This document shows, piece after piece, positions 52,382 to 64,000 of a DNA stretch of 64,000 nucleotides (position 1 is the first letter of the stretch; every line of letters starts with the position of its first letter). The notes below the pieces were generated by a model. It was not told the DNA's origin. It was given only the letters and a program-made list of their open reading frames with translations, and did not search any database. The DNA is taken from the NCBI GenBank assembly GCA_951406725.2, contig OX597817.1, positions 107,198,001 to 107,262,000 on the forward strand, written 5' to 3'. This DNA comes from Octopus vulgaris. Lineage: Eukaryota. The position numbers and the translations under genes were made by a program.

Positions 52382-53420
52382 GGTGCAAAGGTATTTGAGG
52401 AAATTTCGTTTTCAGTTCATTACACCTTCAAATTGTTTAATGTATCATTTTTTTCCCTTCAGATTACCGTTTCAAGATATCATAGTAACTTAAGAAATGA
52501 AAAGACATGCAGTCATAGTTGCTATACATGCAAAGCACAGTGATTTAGAAATTAGCAACTTTCTAAATGTTGCAAGATCATTTGTACACAAAATTCGGTT
52601 GGAATTGGAGGCATGTGATGGTAATGTTTCCCCTGTATCAAAGAGAAAAGAAAAACATTCTCAACGCTCAGACACTAAAAGTACACCGGAATTTATACAT
52701 GTTCAAAACATTATCGATGAAAACCACAGAAGATCAATGAGGTCCATTGCTAAAGAACTTCGGGTGTCAGAGTGGACTATCAGAACTGTGGTACATCGTG
52801 ACATTTGATACAAGCCCTATGTAATGAGGCAGGCCAATTTGTGTCTGTAAAGACACAGGAAAACTGTCTTATCCGTTCAAAACGGTTATTTAACAAAGTG
52901 AAAAACCCTCATGAACAAGGCATGCTTTGGTTTTTCTCTGACGAAAAACTTTCAGCAAGAAGACACAGAAGAAATGACAGGTGGTTATGCGCAAATTCTT
53001 CTGAAGTTCTCAGAGTGATGCACACGAAATTTCCAGCCATTGTGATGGTTTTTGGAGTGGTGAGTAGCGAAGGTAATGTGATGCCTCTCCACTTTTTTCA
53101 CAGAGTCTTCGAATTAATGCTGCTGGATACATTGAGGTACTGGTAACTGTTATCAAGCCCTGGATTGAAGAAGTATGCAATGGAAGGCCATACGTGTTTC
53201 AACAAAATTCAGCATCTTCTCACAAAGCCCTAGTCACCCAAGAATGGTTGTCAGACAATCTTTACGATTATGTAACACCCAATATGTGGCCTCAAAACTC
53301 GCCAGATTTGAACTCCATAGACTACTATGTGTGAAGCGCTGTTGAAAAGGAGACTAATCGTCATCTTCATAATGCCATAGCTTCACTGAAGGCCACCATT
53401 TTCCAGGCAATGTCCGAAAG
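52379..53420 (+). pseudogene. maT/DD37D-type transposon, disrupted
   Basis: TA|CAGGGTG start, RSMRSIAKELRVSEWTIR, WFFSDEK, RRNDRW, VMVFGVVSSEG, YVFQQNSA..H and WPQNSPDLNSIDYYV. Confidence 0.9.
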
Positions 53421-53671
53421 CCTGTACTTGTTCTCTCGGTCTATTTTCTCGCTAAACCGCTAAGTTACGGGGCCGTAAACGCACGAACACCGGTGGTGGT
53501 GGACAGACAAACGGACACACACACATACACGTCTCTCTCTCTATATATATATATATGTATATAAGGAGTTTCGTTCAGTTTCTGTCTACCAAATCTACTC
53601 ACAAGAGTTTGGTTGCTCCGGGGCTTCTGTAGAAGCCACTTGCCTAAAGTGCTAAACAAGTACGCCACTTC

Positions 53672-53730
<59 letters not shown>

Positions 53731-53840
53731 CTTCTCTCCCTCTTTCTCTTTCTCGTTTCCTTTACATACATACATGTGTACGTACGTACACACACATAAA
53801 TACATACATACATACATACATACATACATACATACATACA

Positions 53841-53872
<32 letters not shown>

Positions 53873-54104
53873 GTCATGTGGACATGCATCTAAGTATGTG
53901 TCAGAAGGCTTGTATATGTATATATATGTATATATATGTATATATATTAAATCTAATACACTGTCTGATAAACGTATATTCAATCTCCCTATGGAAATAT
54001 AACAAGGGAATATACGTATATATAGTTATTCAAAACAACGCTTATTTTGGAGTTTTATTAATATATATTAATATATTACACTTTATTAACACATACATAC
54101 ATAA

Positions 54105-54135
<31 letters not shown>

Positions 54136-54434
54136 CATACATACATACATACATACATACATACGTACATAAAAGGACCTCCGTTGCCATCGACAATGAA
54201 TATTCCCAGTGTTAGATCAATGTAGTTTACATGTTAAATCAGGGTGTCTGTGGAAAATAGGCAACAGAGATGGGCACTTTTAATGTAATTACTTATAGTT
54301 TAGAGAAATGGTGTGACATAAAGTTGGCAAGAATGGGTCATTGAAGTTCAGGTATAATCCATTCGAAACGCTTCCATATAGTTTTTACCCACATAGTTTC
54401 ATTGAATAATTAGAGACCATGTTAAAAAACATGT

Positions 54435-54805
54435 CCAAGTTATCCAAGGGAAAGGCAAAGGAGCCGATACAGCTTGGCACGTCGCAGCTCATTTATTAAC
54501 GTGCAAGTGCCCGAGCATTTCACAGACACATGAACCCTTAACGTAGTTCTCGGGGAGATTTAGCGTGACACAGAGTGTGACAAGGCTGGCCCTTTGAAAT
54601 GCAGGTACAACAGAAACAAGAAGAAAGAGTGAGAGAAATTTGTGATGAAAGAGTACAACAGGGTTCACCCCCCCCCCTGAGGGAGTCTCGTGGAGCTTTA
54701 GGTGTTTATGCTCAATAAACACTCACAATGCCCGGTCTGGGAATCGAAACCGCGATCTTACGACTGCGAGTCCGCTGCCCTAACCACTAGGCCATTGTGC
54801 CTCCA
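54435..54805 (-). mobile_element. Chimeric SINE: family C head with family D-type 3' part
   Basis: 54610-54805 matches the element at 4346. 54495-54610 matches 15840-15960. Confidence 0.8.
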
Positions 54806-54840
54806 CATGCATGCATAATATATACATATAGGTATTCATG

Positions 54841-54917
<77 letters not shown>

Positions 54918-54938
54918 ACATACACATATGCATGAATG

Positions 54939-55004
<66 letters not shown>

Positions 55005-55292
55005 CCTACCTCTCACCCCTATATGTATGTATATAGACACACGCACACACATAAATATATACAGACATATACACATATGTGAACGTACACTCCCATATAT
55101 CTGCGTTTGTGTGTGAGCATGCATACGTATAAACAGACATGCATAAAATATATGCATATATACAATACATACATACATATACACAGAAATATACATACTT
55201 ATACATTTGAATGCTTGTTTGGGCGTGAATTGCGAATGAGAACATATATATCCATATAAAGGCATACATGCATAATACAAACATTTACGTGT

Positions 55293-55371
<79 letters not shown>

Positions 55372-55376
<5 letters not shown>

Positions 55377-55512
55377 GTGAACGTACACTCTTCGTGTGTC
55401 TATGTGTATGTGTGAGAGCATGCATGTATACATACATACACATATGCATACACACATACATGCATGCATACATACATACATACATACATACAGATAGACA
55501 GACAGACAGACA

Positions 55513-55557
<45 letters not shown>

Positions 55558-55740
55558 GTGAACGTACACTCTTCGTGTGTCTATGTGTATGTGTGAGAGC
55601 ATGCATGTATACATACATACACATATGCATACACACATACATGCATGCATACATACGTACATACATACATACATACATACATACATGCATACATACATAC
55701 ATACATACATACATACATACATACATACATACATACATAC
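55372..55740. repeat. Tandem ~180-bp microsatellite-rich duplication
   Basis: atatgtgaacgtacactcttcgtgtgtctatgtgtatgtgtgagagcatgc occurs at ~55373 and ~55554. Confidence 0.9.
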
Positions 55741-56471
55741 ACGTTTTCATTCATAGCGGCCAATAATAATAAAAATATATTTATTGGTTTATATAAGCAA
55801 TATCATATTGGATTTTTTTTCATTTTCAGAAACAAGTCACCGTATTATGTATTTAGAGAATAGCATCTGATATATATATTCCTTTTGAAGTCGAAATACC
55901 AGCTTCGACAAATGCACATGCATATAGTAATCATAGCAAAAATATTATTTTGTCTCTCAATTCAATTTGATATTTATATCTTATTTATTTGAAACAAATT
56001 AAAGATAAAAAACAAAACGAACACAAAAACCATACACTTCAGAAGCAATATTAAAAAATAAATAGAGTAAATTTAGGACGAAACAATATCCCCGTATATT
56101 TATTAATAATAATTAACTTTTGTACGATTTATGTTACTAAAAATACACGCCTGTAATGAACTTTATTGGACTAAGTTGATCTAATTTACGAAGAGCCGTT
56201 TGATAGGGCAAAATCTTGGTTAGGTACAAATATTTACAAGTTTGGAAGATTGAAAGAATTAGCATTGATTTTTTATATAGCCACTAGGTCTAAAAGTCTA
56301 TGGAGTGGATATCGTATTACATGTTTTCATTTATCTTTTATTATTTGCTTCAGTCATTTTGAGTGCGGCTATGTTAAGGTTACCACCTAGAAGGGTTTTA
56401 TCGAATGAATTGACACCGGTATTATTTTTATCAAAAGCTGGTACTGACTATGTCGGTCACTTTTGCAGAAA

Positions 56472-56796
56472 TCATCATCATCATTGTTCGACCGTGGTCG
56501 AGACAATGGAATTTACCATGCTACGCCAGACTTCACGGTCCATCATGGCATTACGGAGGTCATGTTGCTGGATGCCTGCATCCCTGGAGATTACATCAGG
56601 GTAGGAGAGTGTGCGCCCTCTGGTATTGCGAGTAGATGGCTTCCAGAAGAGAAGAGTAGAAATTACCTCTTTTTCAGCTCTACAACAATGTCCAGCAAAC
56701 TGGACTCTCCTACCTTTCACAAGAGATGACACAGGTGGTAGTTTCCCATATATTTGCATTTTGGTTGGATGGCGCTTCCACGAGAGATTTTGAGAA
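56472..56796 (-). mobile_element. 5'-truncated RTE/RTE-X LINE inserted in a SINE B tail
   Basis: IYGKLPPVSSLVKGRRVQFAGHC...AMMDREVWR, (TGA)n tail and 10-bp TSD tttgcagaaa (56462-56471 / 56797-56806). Confidence 0.9.
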
Positions 56797-57103
56797 TTTG
56801 CAGAAAACCGCTACACTACGGGGACGTAAACAAATCAACACCGGTTGTCAAGTGGTAGTGAGGGACAAACAGAGCACAACATGATACATACATACATACA
56901 TACATACATACATACATACATACATACATAAGCGCAGGCGTGGCTGAGTGGTAAGAAGCTTGCTTACTAACCACATGGTTCCGAGTTCAGTCTCACTGCG
57001 TGGCACCTTGGGCAAGTGTCTTCTACTATAGCCTTGGGCCGACCAAATCCTCGTACGTGAATTTGGTAGACGGAAACTGAAAGAAGCCCGTCATATATGT
57101 ATG

Positions 57104-57625
57104 TAACCCAGTACAACCTGTTGCATGGTCGGGTCGTCGGTGACCTAACCGGCAACCCCACCAAGCTTGCTTGGTGAGGAGGGTGTTTATTGGACACCCT
57201 GCGGGATGAAAAACAAAACCCGTCAAAGGGCGGAGGAACTCTTGAAAGTCAACGGCCATCCAATAAATATCTTAAGGCTGTATCATGCGCGGGGACATAG
57301 AAATAATCGGACTGAATACCCGATCGCGCGGTTAAACCATTGGGAGTGAAGGACTCCTAGCCTTTGTTAGGGCATCCTTCTAGGAGAAGGTAACTCAGGT
57401 AACTGGGATAACTCTAACATAAAACCTGCGGCTCAGTGGTTACCGATGATGTTGACTTGTTCTTCTTTTCGGATTATGGCTGCTGTTGCTTAGTGAGTGG
57501 GATTGACTCAGTGCACAGCCTTTCTTCACTTTAAAAAAAATCTTCTTGCACAGGCATTGCACGATAACAACATTAATTAAGATTCGTGCAATGGCCATAC
57601 TCGATAACGAGGGGGCAGTCACCAT
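57104..57625 (+). mobile_element. Structured non-coding element resembling an RTE 5' UTR
   Basis: tagggcatccttctaggagaaggtaactc..aaacc resembles RTE 5'-UTR motifs as I recall them. Several GC-rich stems, and it sits in (TATG)n. Confidence 0.5.
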
Positions 57626-57742
57626 GTATGTATGTATGTATGTATGTATGTATGTATGTATGTATGTATGTATGTATGTATGTATGTATGTATGTATGTA
57701 TGTATGTATGCATGCGTCTATGTAAGTATGTATGTATGTATG

Positions 57743-57776
<34 letters not shown>

Positions 57777-57781
57777 TATAT

Positions 57782-58691
57782 TATAATGGGGTTGACCAAT
57801 TTATCGGGTTACCCTGGGTTTCTCGCTCATAAGGAGTTTGGCCTTATGGCGAATTTTCAGACTCCAAAACACTGCTGGCCTAAGACCTCTTCAAAATATG
57901 AAGGGAGAAATACCCTGCTATAAGGGTAAACACGAGGTGATTATCTCCTTTAGCCATTGGCCATCGAGCTTCGCCGCACCGCCTTCTTGCGATCACCAAA
58001 AAACCATGAAGATAAATTATTGTCTCCCTTTTGGCCTTGGCTATTGGCTGCCAGCTGTGGCATCGCCTTGCGGATTCCAAAACATGATCCGAAAAACCCC
58101 GTTCGGCAATGCATAACTTGCAACATTTCGTTCCGTTGATGTAGGGGCCTGGGTTCTCAAGTATTTTCCATGCGATCGAATATGGTATCCCGTCGTCTCT
58201 TAGTTGCCAGACATGGCTGGCCAGCGATGTTACGTATCTCCTTTCCAGGACTCTGTAAGAGCACAAATGATTGGAAAAACGCTGTTTTAAAGAATTCCCA
58301 GTATATCCCACGTATTTATGTGGGCGCGTGTTTTCAGTGCGCCCATTGCTGTTGTAGGTGCTGCTGTTGCTGGTACTGTTTCTCCTGCTGTGGTTGCTGT
58401 TGCCGCCGGTGGTGTTGTCACTGATAGAGTTGGCGCTGTTGCTGGTGGTGTTAGTGTTGGCGTCGTTTGGGGTGGTGATGGTGGTGTCGGTAGTATGGAG
58501 GCAAGCGTGCTGATTAAATCTTTCCTAAGCCTGTCTAGTGTATGGCCACTTGCCTCATTAGAAATGGCCAAGGTGTCGTCTCTGTAGAGGTGAAAGGGGA
58601 CATAGGGCAACACCATAAACCGGCCTCCACCATTATAATATTAACTACTCTACATCTTAGAGTGTGCTTCTCCCCCGGATTTATGTATTTC

Positions 58692-58700
<9 letters not shown>
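57782..58700 (-). pseudogene. Internally deleted Penelope-like element (RT core stub, linker, GIY-YIG, pLTR)
   Basis: LYRDDTLAI..SGHTLDRLRKDLI, then YVGYTGNSLKQRFSNH..TSLASHVW..IAWKIL..CKLCIAE. Hammerhead-like motif at ~57805-57866. Confidence 0.9.
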
Positions 58701-58749
<49 letters not shown>

Positions 58750-58814
58750 TTGTTGAATATGGTAAAAGATGAATGTGAAATAAGGTTCTTCCATTACTCA
58801 AATATATATATATA

Positions 58815-58845
<31 letters not shown>

Positions 58846-59139
58846 GTATGTAGGTATATTTCTGCGCGTGTGTGTATCTTTGTGTCTGTGTTTGTTCCTC
58901 CATCATCGCTGACAACCGATACTGGCGTGTTTACGTCCCCGTAAGTTAGCGGTTCGACAGAAGAGACCGATAAAATAAGTACTTGGCTTACAAAGATTAT
59001 GTCCTGGGGTAGATTGCTTCGACTAAGACTCTTTGAGGCGGTGCTCCAGCATGGCCGCAGTCAAAATGACTGAAAGAAGTAAATTAATAATAAAACGAAT
59101 AATACATACACATACACACATACACCCACGTACCATTCT

Positions 59140-60680
59140 ACAGCCTTCTTTCAGTTTCCGTCTACCAAATCCACTCACAATGCTTTGTTCGATCCCGGGA
59201 CTATTGTAGGAGACACTTGCACAAAGTGCCACGCAGTGGGACTGAACCTGAAAGTATGTAGTTGGGAAACAAACTTCTTACCATACACCCACGTCTGCGC
59301 CTATAAAGTAAAGTCTGTGCTTCATATTGATTTCTTACATAGCCACAAGGCCTAACATCTATGGTGTGGATATAGTAGATTACATTAACTTCAGTTATTC
59401 ACTGGCCTTTCAGTTTATCGACCCTGGAAAGAGGAAAGGCAAAGCTGACATCTTTGGGAATTGAACTGTAAAAGTAAGTGATCGTAACTAAATGCTGTAA
59501 GGCATTTTGTCCGACGCTCTAACGATTTTGCCAGTCTGTCGACCTACTAAGTAAACGGCAACAAGAACTGGCTCTCCGTCGGTTACGATGATAAGGATTA
59601 ATGTTGATCCGATCAACGAAAAGTCTGCTCGTGAAATTAATATACATATGGCTGAACACTCCACAGACACGTGTATCCTTAACATAGTTCTCAGGGAGAG
59701 TCAGCATGACAGAGTATGACAAGGTTGGCCCTTTGAAATACAGGTACTACTCATTTTCGCCAGCTGAGTGGACTGGAGAAACTGGAAATAGAGTGTCTTG
59801 CTCAAGCGACATGACGCGCGGTCAGGAATCGAACTCACGACCTTACGATCATGAACCGAGTACCCCCTAACCACTAAACAATGCGTATGAAATAGTATTA
59901 GTATTTAGCATATGTAGGATACAAGATTACGAATTTTGGAGGAAAAGAACAGTCGATTTTATCGATCCAAATACTTAACTGGTATTTATTTTATCGGCCT
60001 CGGAAGGATGAAAAGGAAAGTTGATTTCAGCGGGATTTGAACTTGGAATGTAAAAGGGTGCAACTAAATACTGCAATATATTTGGCCCAACGCTGGTAAT
60101 ATCACTTCCAGTATAGGCACAAAGCATAAATTTGGACTGATGGCTTTGTAGGTTGAAACGGGCCCAGTATTTGATTGGTGCTTATTATTTTATCAACCTC
60201 CTTGAAAGATGAATGGTAAATCTAACGCCAGTAGAATTTCAACCCAAGAAGTTAATAGCCTCAAATAAATATCTCATGATGATTTGTTCAATGCAAGGAT
60301 TAAGGGTTTCTAACTTAGGCGGAAGACCAACAATTATAGAGGGAAGAGGTTAGTCGACAGCATCGACCCTAGCGTTTGACTGGTATTCTGTTTTATTAAT
60401 CCCGAAGGGATTAAAGGCGAAATTGACGTCTGTGGGATCTGATCTCATAACGTTAGCAACTTGATGATATATTGCAAGGCAGTTCCGACACTTTTACGAT
60501 TCTGCCAGCTCGCCGCCTTATCGGACGCTTTCTACTATAGGTATGAGGCCTGGAATTTAGCGGGAGAAAGCTCGTCGATTACATTGCCCCCAGCACTTGA
60601 CTGATACTTATTTTATCAACGTCGAAATGATGAAAGGGAAAGTCGACCCCAGTAGCATTTGAACTCAGAATGCAAAGGAC
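59140..60680 (-). mobile_element. Cluster of SINEs: B head (59140-59302), D (59568-59885) and about five decayed A copies in tandem
   Basis: Recurring gtcgattacatcgacc..ctggtacttattttatcgacc..gaaaggatgaaagg motifs. Confidence 0.8.
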
Positions 60681-63600
60681 TACATGCGAGATCATATTTT
60701 ATATTTCAGAGCTAGTATATCTAGGCCTACATTGTCGAATGTATTCTTTACATAGAAAAAAACAAACAAACAAACACAGTAGCATGTCATTTGAAATCTG
60801 GTTGCTGTTTCTAATCAGTCGAACGTCTAGGTAAAGTGACTCCCTCATATTACAAATGGGAAGCGCAAAATGAGAAGTAAATTCCGTTAAAGTTGGAAAT
60901 AGTGTCTACTCTCTACTCAGTGTTGTGTTGGGTTAATGCTAAATATCTCAAAATATAACATATGTCAAATAGTAATTCCACTTTGTATAGTTCCATGTAA
61001 CTAGAGTATGTGATTGTAATCGTATTGACTAAAGGTAAGTAGTAATTTGATGATACATAAATACGCTGAAAAATATAGGATTTTTAACGTTTAGTTATAA
61101 GAAATAGAGAAGCGCTCATGAAAGACTGGTAAAGAAAAATGTTGGAACTATAATTAGATCGGAGTTCGGGTTCGAATACTTGCAACAGAATTGATTCTGC
61201 TAAAGACAGCCAATAGCTAGGAGATTGTCTTAAACCGAGAGATGGATTGAGTCTACCAGGCAAGAAAAAATACGGTCCATCAGCCAGGTTTCCGTACAAT
61301 TTCCACCTATCTTATTACATTAATAAGGATTGGGCCATTTCGAGGTTATAGAAGATGAAACTTCCCAGGGAGGTGTACAGTAGGATTGCAACCGGAACAA
61401 CGTGTTTGCGGTGCAAACTCCATAATTAAACGTCCACACCTACGCCCATATGTGAAATGATTTTAAGTGAAATAAATTGGCAATAAATCAGATAGATACT
61501 AATGTATCTTAGAAAATAACTCTTTTATCATAGTCTAGTATTGTGCGTGAAATTACAACCGAGTAACATCTTAGGCAACCGCCATAGCCTTAGGATTACT
61601 GATCCTTGTGACTGATATTATACGGAAGCCTTCAAAAGTCTAGCCTTGTCACACGCTGTCATACACTGTGTCACACGCTGTGTCACACTAATTATGTTTG
61701 AAAATGTCTTTAAGGATACATGTGTCTGTGGAATGTTCAGCCATTTATACGATAATCCAATGACCAAGAACTTCAGTTGATCGAACTATTGAATACAAAT
61801 CGAAAGCGGCGGTGATCCATTTACTTTTACTGTATCTATGCAAGTTCTCTTCTGTTTGAAATCTTCCACACGTCCCAAACAACAATATCCGGTTATCATG
61901 TTTACACTTGTATATGTATGTTTGTATGTATGTATGTATGTATGTATGTATGTATGTATGTATGTATGTATGTATGTATGTATGTATGTATGCATGCATG
62001 CATACATGCATGCATGTATGTATGTATGTATGTATGTATGTATGTATGTATGTATGTATGTATGTATGTATGTATGTATGTATGTATGTTTGCATGTATG
62101 TATGTAGGTTTTCTTTTTGAAATTTAAGATCTTTATACTGAAGTACTGGTCCATAACAAAGTACAAATACCTTTTTGAGAGAGTTAAAATATTCTACGCA
62201 TTTCTGTATGTAAGCAAGTGTGCAGTTATGTGCGTGCGAGTGTCTGTGTGAGAGCAGATATGTCCATATCGGCTTCCACGTATGTACAATAGCTGCAATA
62301 TGTCCTAGTAAACATTTGTGTAAACAAGTGTATACATACGTGTGAAGTTGTGCTTGTATGGGTTTAGGCAAGAGAATCTTTTGAAACGTTTTGTAATGTT
62401 TTGCAAATCTCCCCTCCTCTCTCTGTTTCAAGGAAAAGTTTTTAATTACATGTATTGATACATGACCGCAGTGTTGCAAGGCGGGTCTCGTCGAATGAAT
62501 TGACAGATTTGAACACCATAAGATGAAACTAAATACAGTGAAACGTTTACTCCTGCCATCTACTGATACTGACGATAGTTCCAAAAAGAGACCCAACACG
62601 ACCCCTGGAACTGTAATCAATTCTTTTCTCTCTCAGATCACGTTCCAGCATCATCCTATTCTGTATCTTCGATTTCGTTCTTTAATGAAAGCTTGTACAA
62701 GGCCTGTAATTTTGCGGGAAGGGACTAGTCAATTACATTGCCCTCAATTCTCAACTGGCACTTATTTAATGACCCCGAAAGGATGAAAGGTAAGATTATA
62801 AAAGATAACAAGAAACTGTAATATCTTTCTTGCCCCATGAAATTAAAACTACAAACTAACACTAACAGTATCCTGCAAAACCTAAAAACTTATTACTTAT
62901 AAGTAACATTCTGTATATTTTACTTAACGTGGATATGTTGTAGGCAGCCATTGTAGTGCTAAAAAGCACAGAAGAATATCAATAGTGGACGAAAAGCGTT
63001 TTAATTATAGAAGCCATAAGCCTGTCAATTCACGAAGAGGCTACAAATGATCAATATAGTTTATAATCCCAACTGCAAACTTCATGACACCAACTGTACA
63101 ATTAAAGTTTCATTTTATTAAGCTTCATCTTTTTGTGTTCAAATTCTAAGTATCGATTTAACATTTGGACATATAAACACGACACTTTCCCGTCGAAACT
63201 ACATGCACCTACAATGAAGAGCAATCGCAATGCCTTTTACACATCGGAAGAACAAAACTAAATAGGAAAAAATAGTTGACAATACATTTATACTTTACAC
63301 AATTTACCGCCTCCAGCATACAAAAGAAAAAAAAACCGACTACTAAGGATGGCAGCCGATCTCCTAATGGTAAAATGTTAAAATAGACACACAGGCAAGA
63401 CGTACTATCCGCAAAGAAAAATGAACACCTGACTGGTTAGTTGTATGTGGCGTGTGTGTGTGTGCGTGTGTGTGTGTGCGTGTGTGTGTGCGTGTGTGTA
63501 TGTGTGCGTGTGTATATGTGTGCGTGTGTGTCAAAATCAGCCTGTAAACTTTACACACACACTCACACACACACATGCACACACATGCTCATCCACACTT

Positions 63601-64000
63601 TCACACACATTTACAGGCACTCACACATGCACGTATGATGCATCTCATTAGCACTGTAAATATTGTGTGACGAAAGTATACCATCTGGATGGAAAGTTGT
63701 CAAGATAAAGATAATGAATATTTGTTGTTGATATTGTTGTTGCTGTTGTTTAACCCTGGGTTTGCATTAAGTGAAGAAACCATGCTGAAAGGCATTCCTA
63801 CATGGAATTATTCAGTCCAGAAATTACACAACGTGTCCTTCAATTTCTTTTCCATGGTGGCAGGGTGTGATCTGATAGAGGGAACTGACTACTATTCCTT
63901 GCATGTCTAGTGAATGCGTTGAGTCTACCTCTATGGTTCAAGTCAGTAACAGTTGAGGACTGGTGTAAATATTTAATTCTATTTAGTTTCATCTCTCCGT

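Larger units (their letters stand above)
56931..59085 (+). mobile_element. SINE family B (head 56931-57095, tail ~58860-59085) with nested insertions
   Basis: Head and tail are co-oriented around two nested elements. Confidence 0.7.

Noticed and set aside
61745-62620. Longest ORF (291 aa)
   Set aside because: Kept open partly by (TACA)n. No recognisable domain, and it overlaps repeat fragments.
62622-62795. Possible exon (ttttctctctcag ... AAG|gtaaga)
   Set aside because: Half is antisense SINE A, and there is no partner exon or protein similarity.

Overview
AT-rich, repeat-dense eukaryotic DNA. The SINE families and the heavy (CA)n/(TA)n/(TATG)n/(CT)n microsatellite load look like an octopus (coleoid cephalopod) genome; this is inferred from recall of repeat sequences. 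I find no intact host protein-coding gene, rRNA, true tRNA or CRISPR array, so the window reads as intergenic or intronic. Most supplied ORFs are microsatellite artefacts. The real protein similarity comes from decayed transposons: a deleted Helitron with both ends, mariner, maT/DD37D, a DUF4817-type Tc1/mariner, Tc1, hAT, Merlin, RTE, CR1-like, an RLE-type LINE and Penelope-like elements. At least four tRNA-derived SINE families occur, many with target-site duplications. The most unusual features are a ~2.2 kb block (27103-29272) of back-to-back unrelated fold-back repeats, a pri-miRNA-shaped hairpin at 114-198, Penelope-type hammerhead ribozyme relics, and a SINE subfamily that repeatedly inserts into the head of its own family. 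All alignments were done by eye, and boundaries of old elements are approximate.
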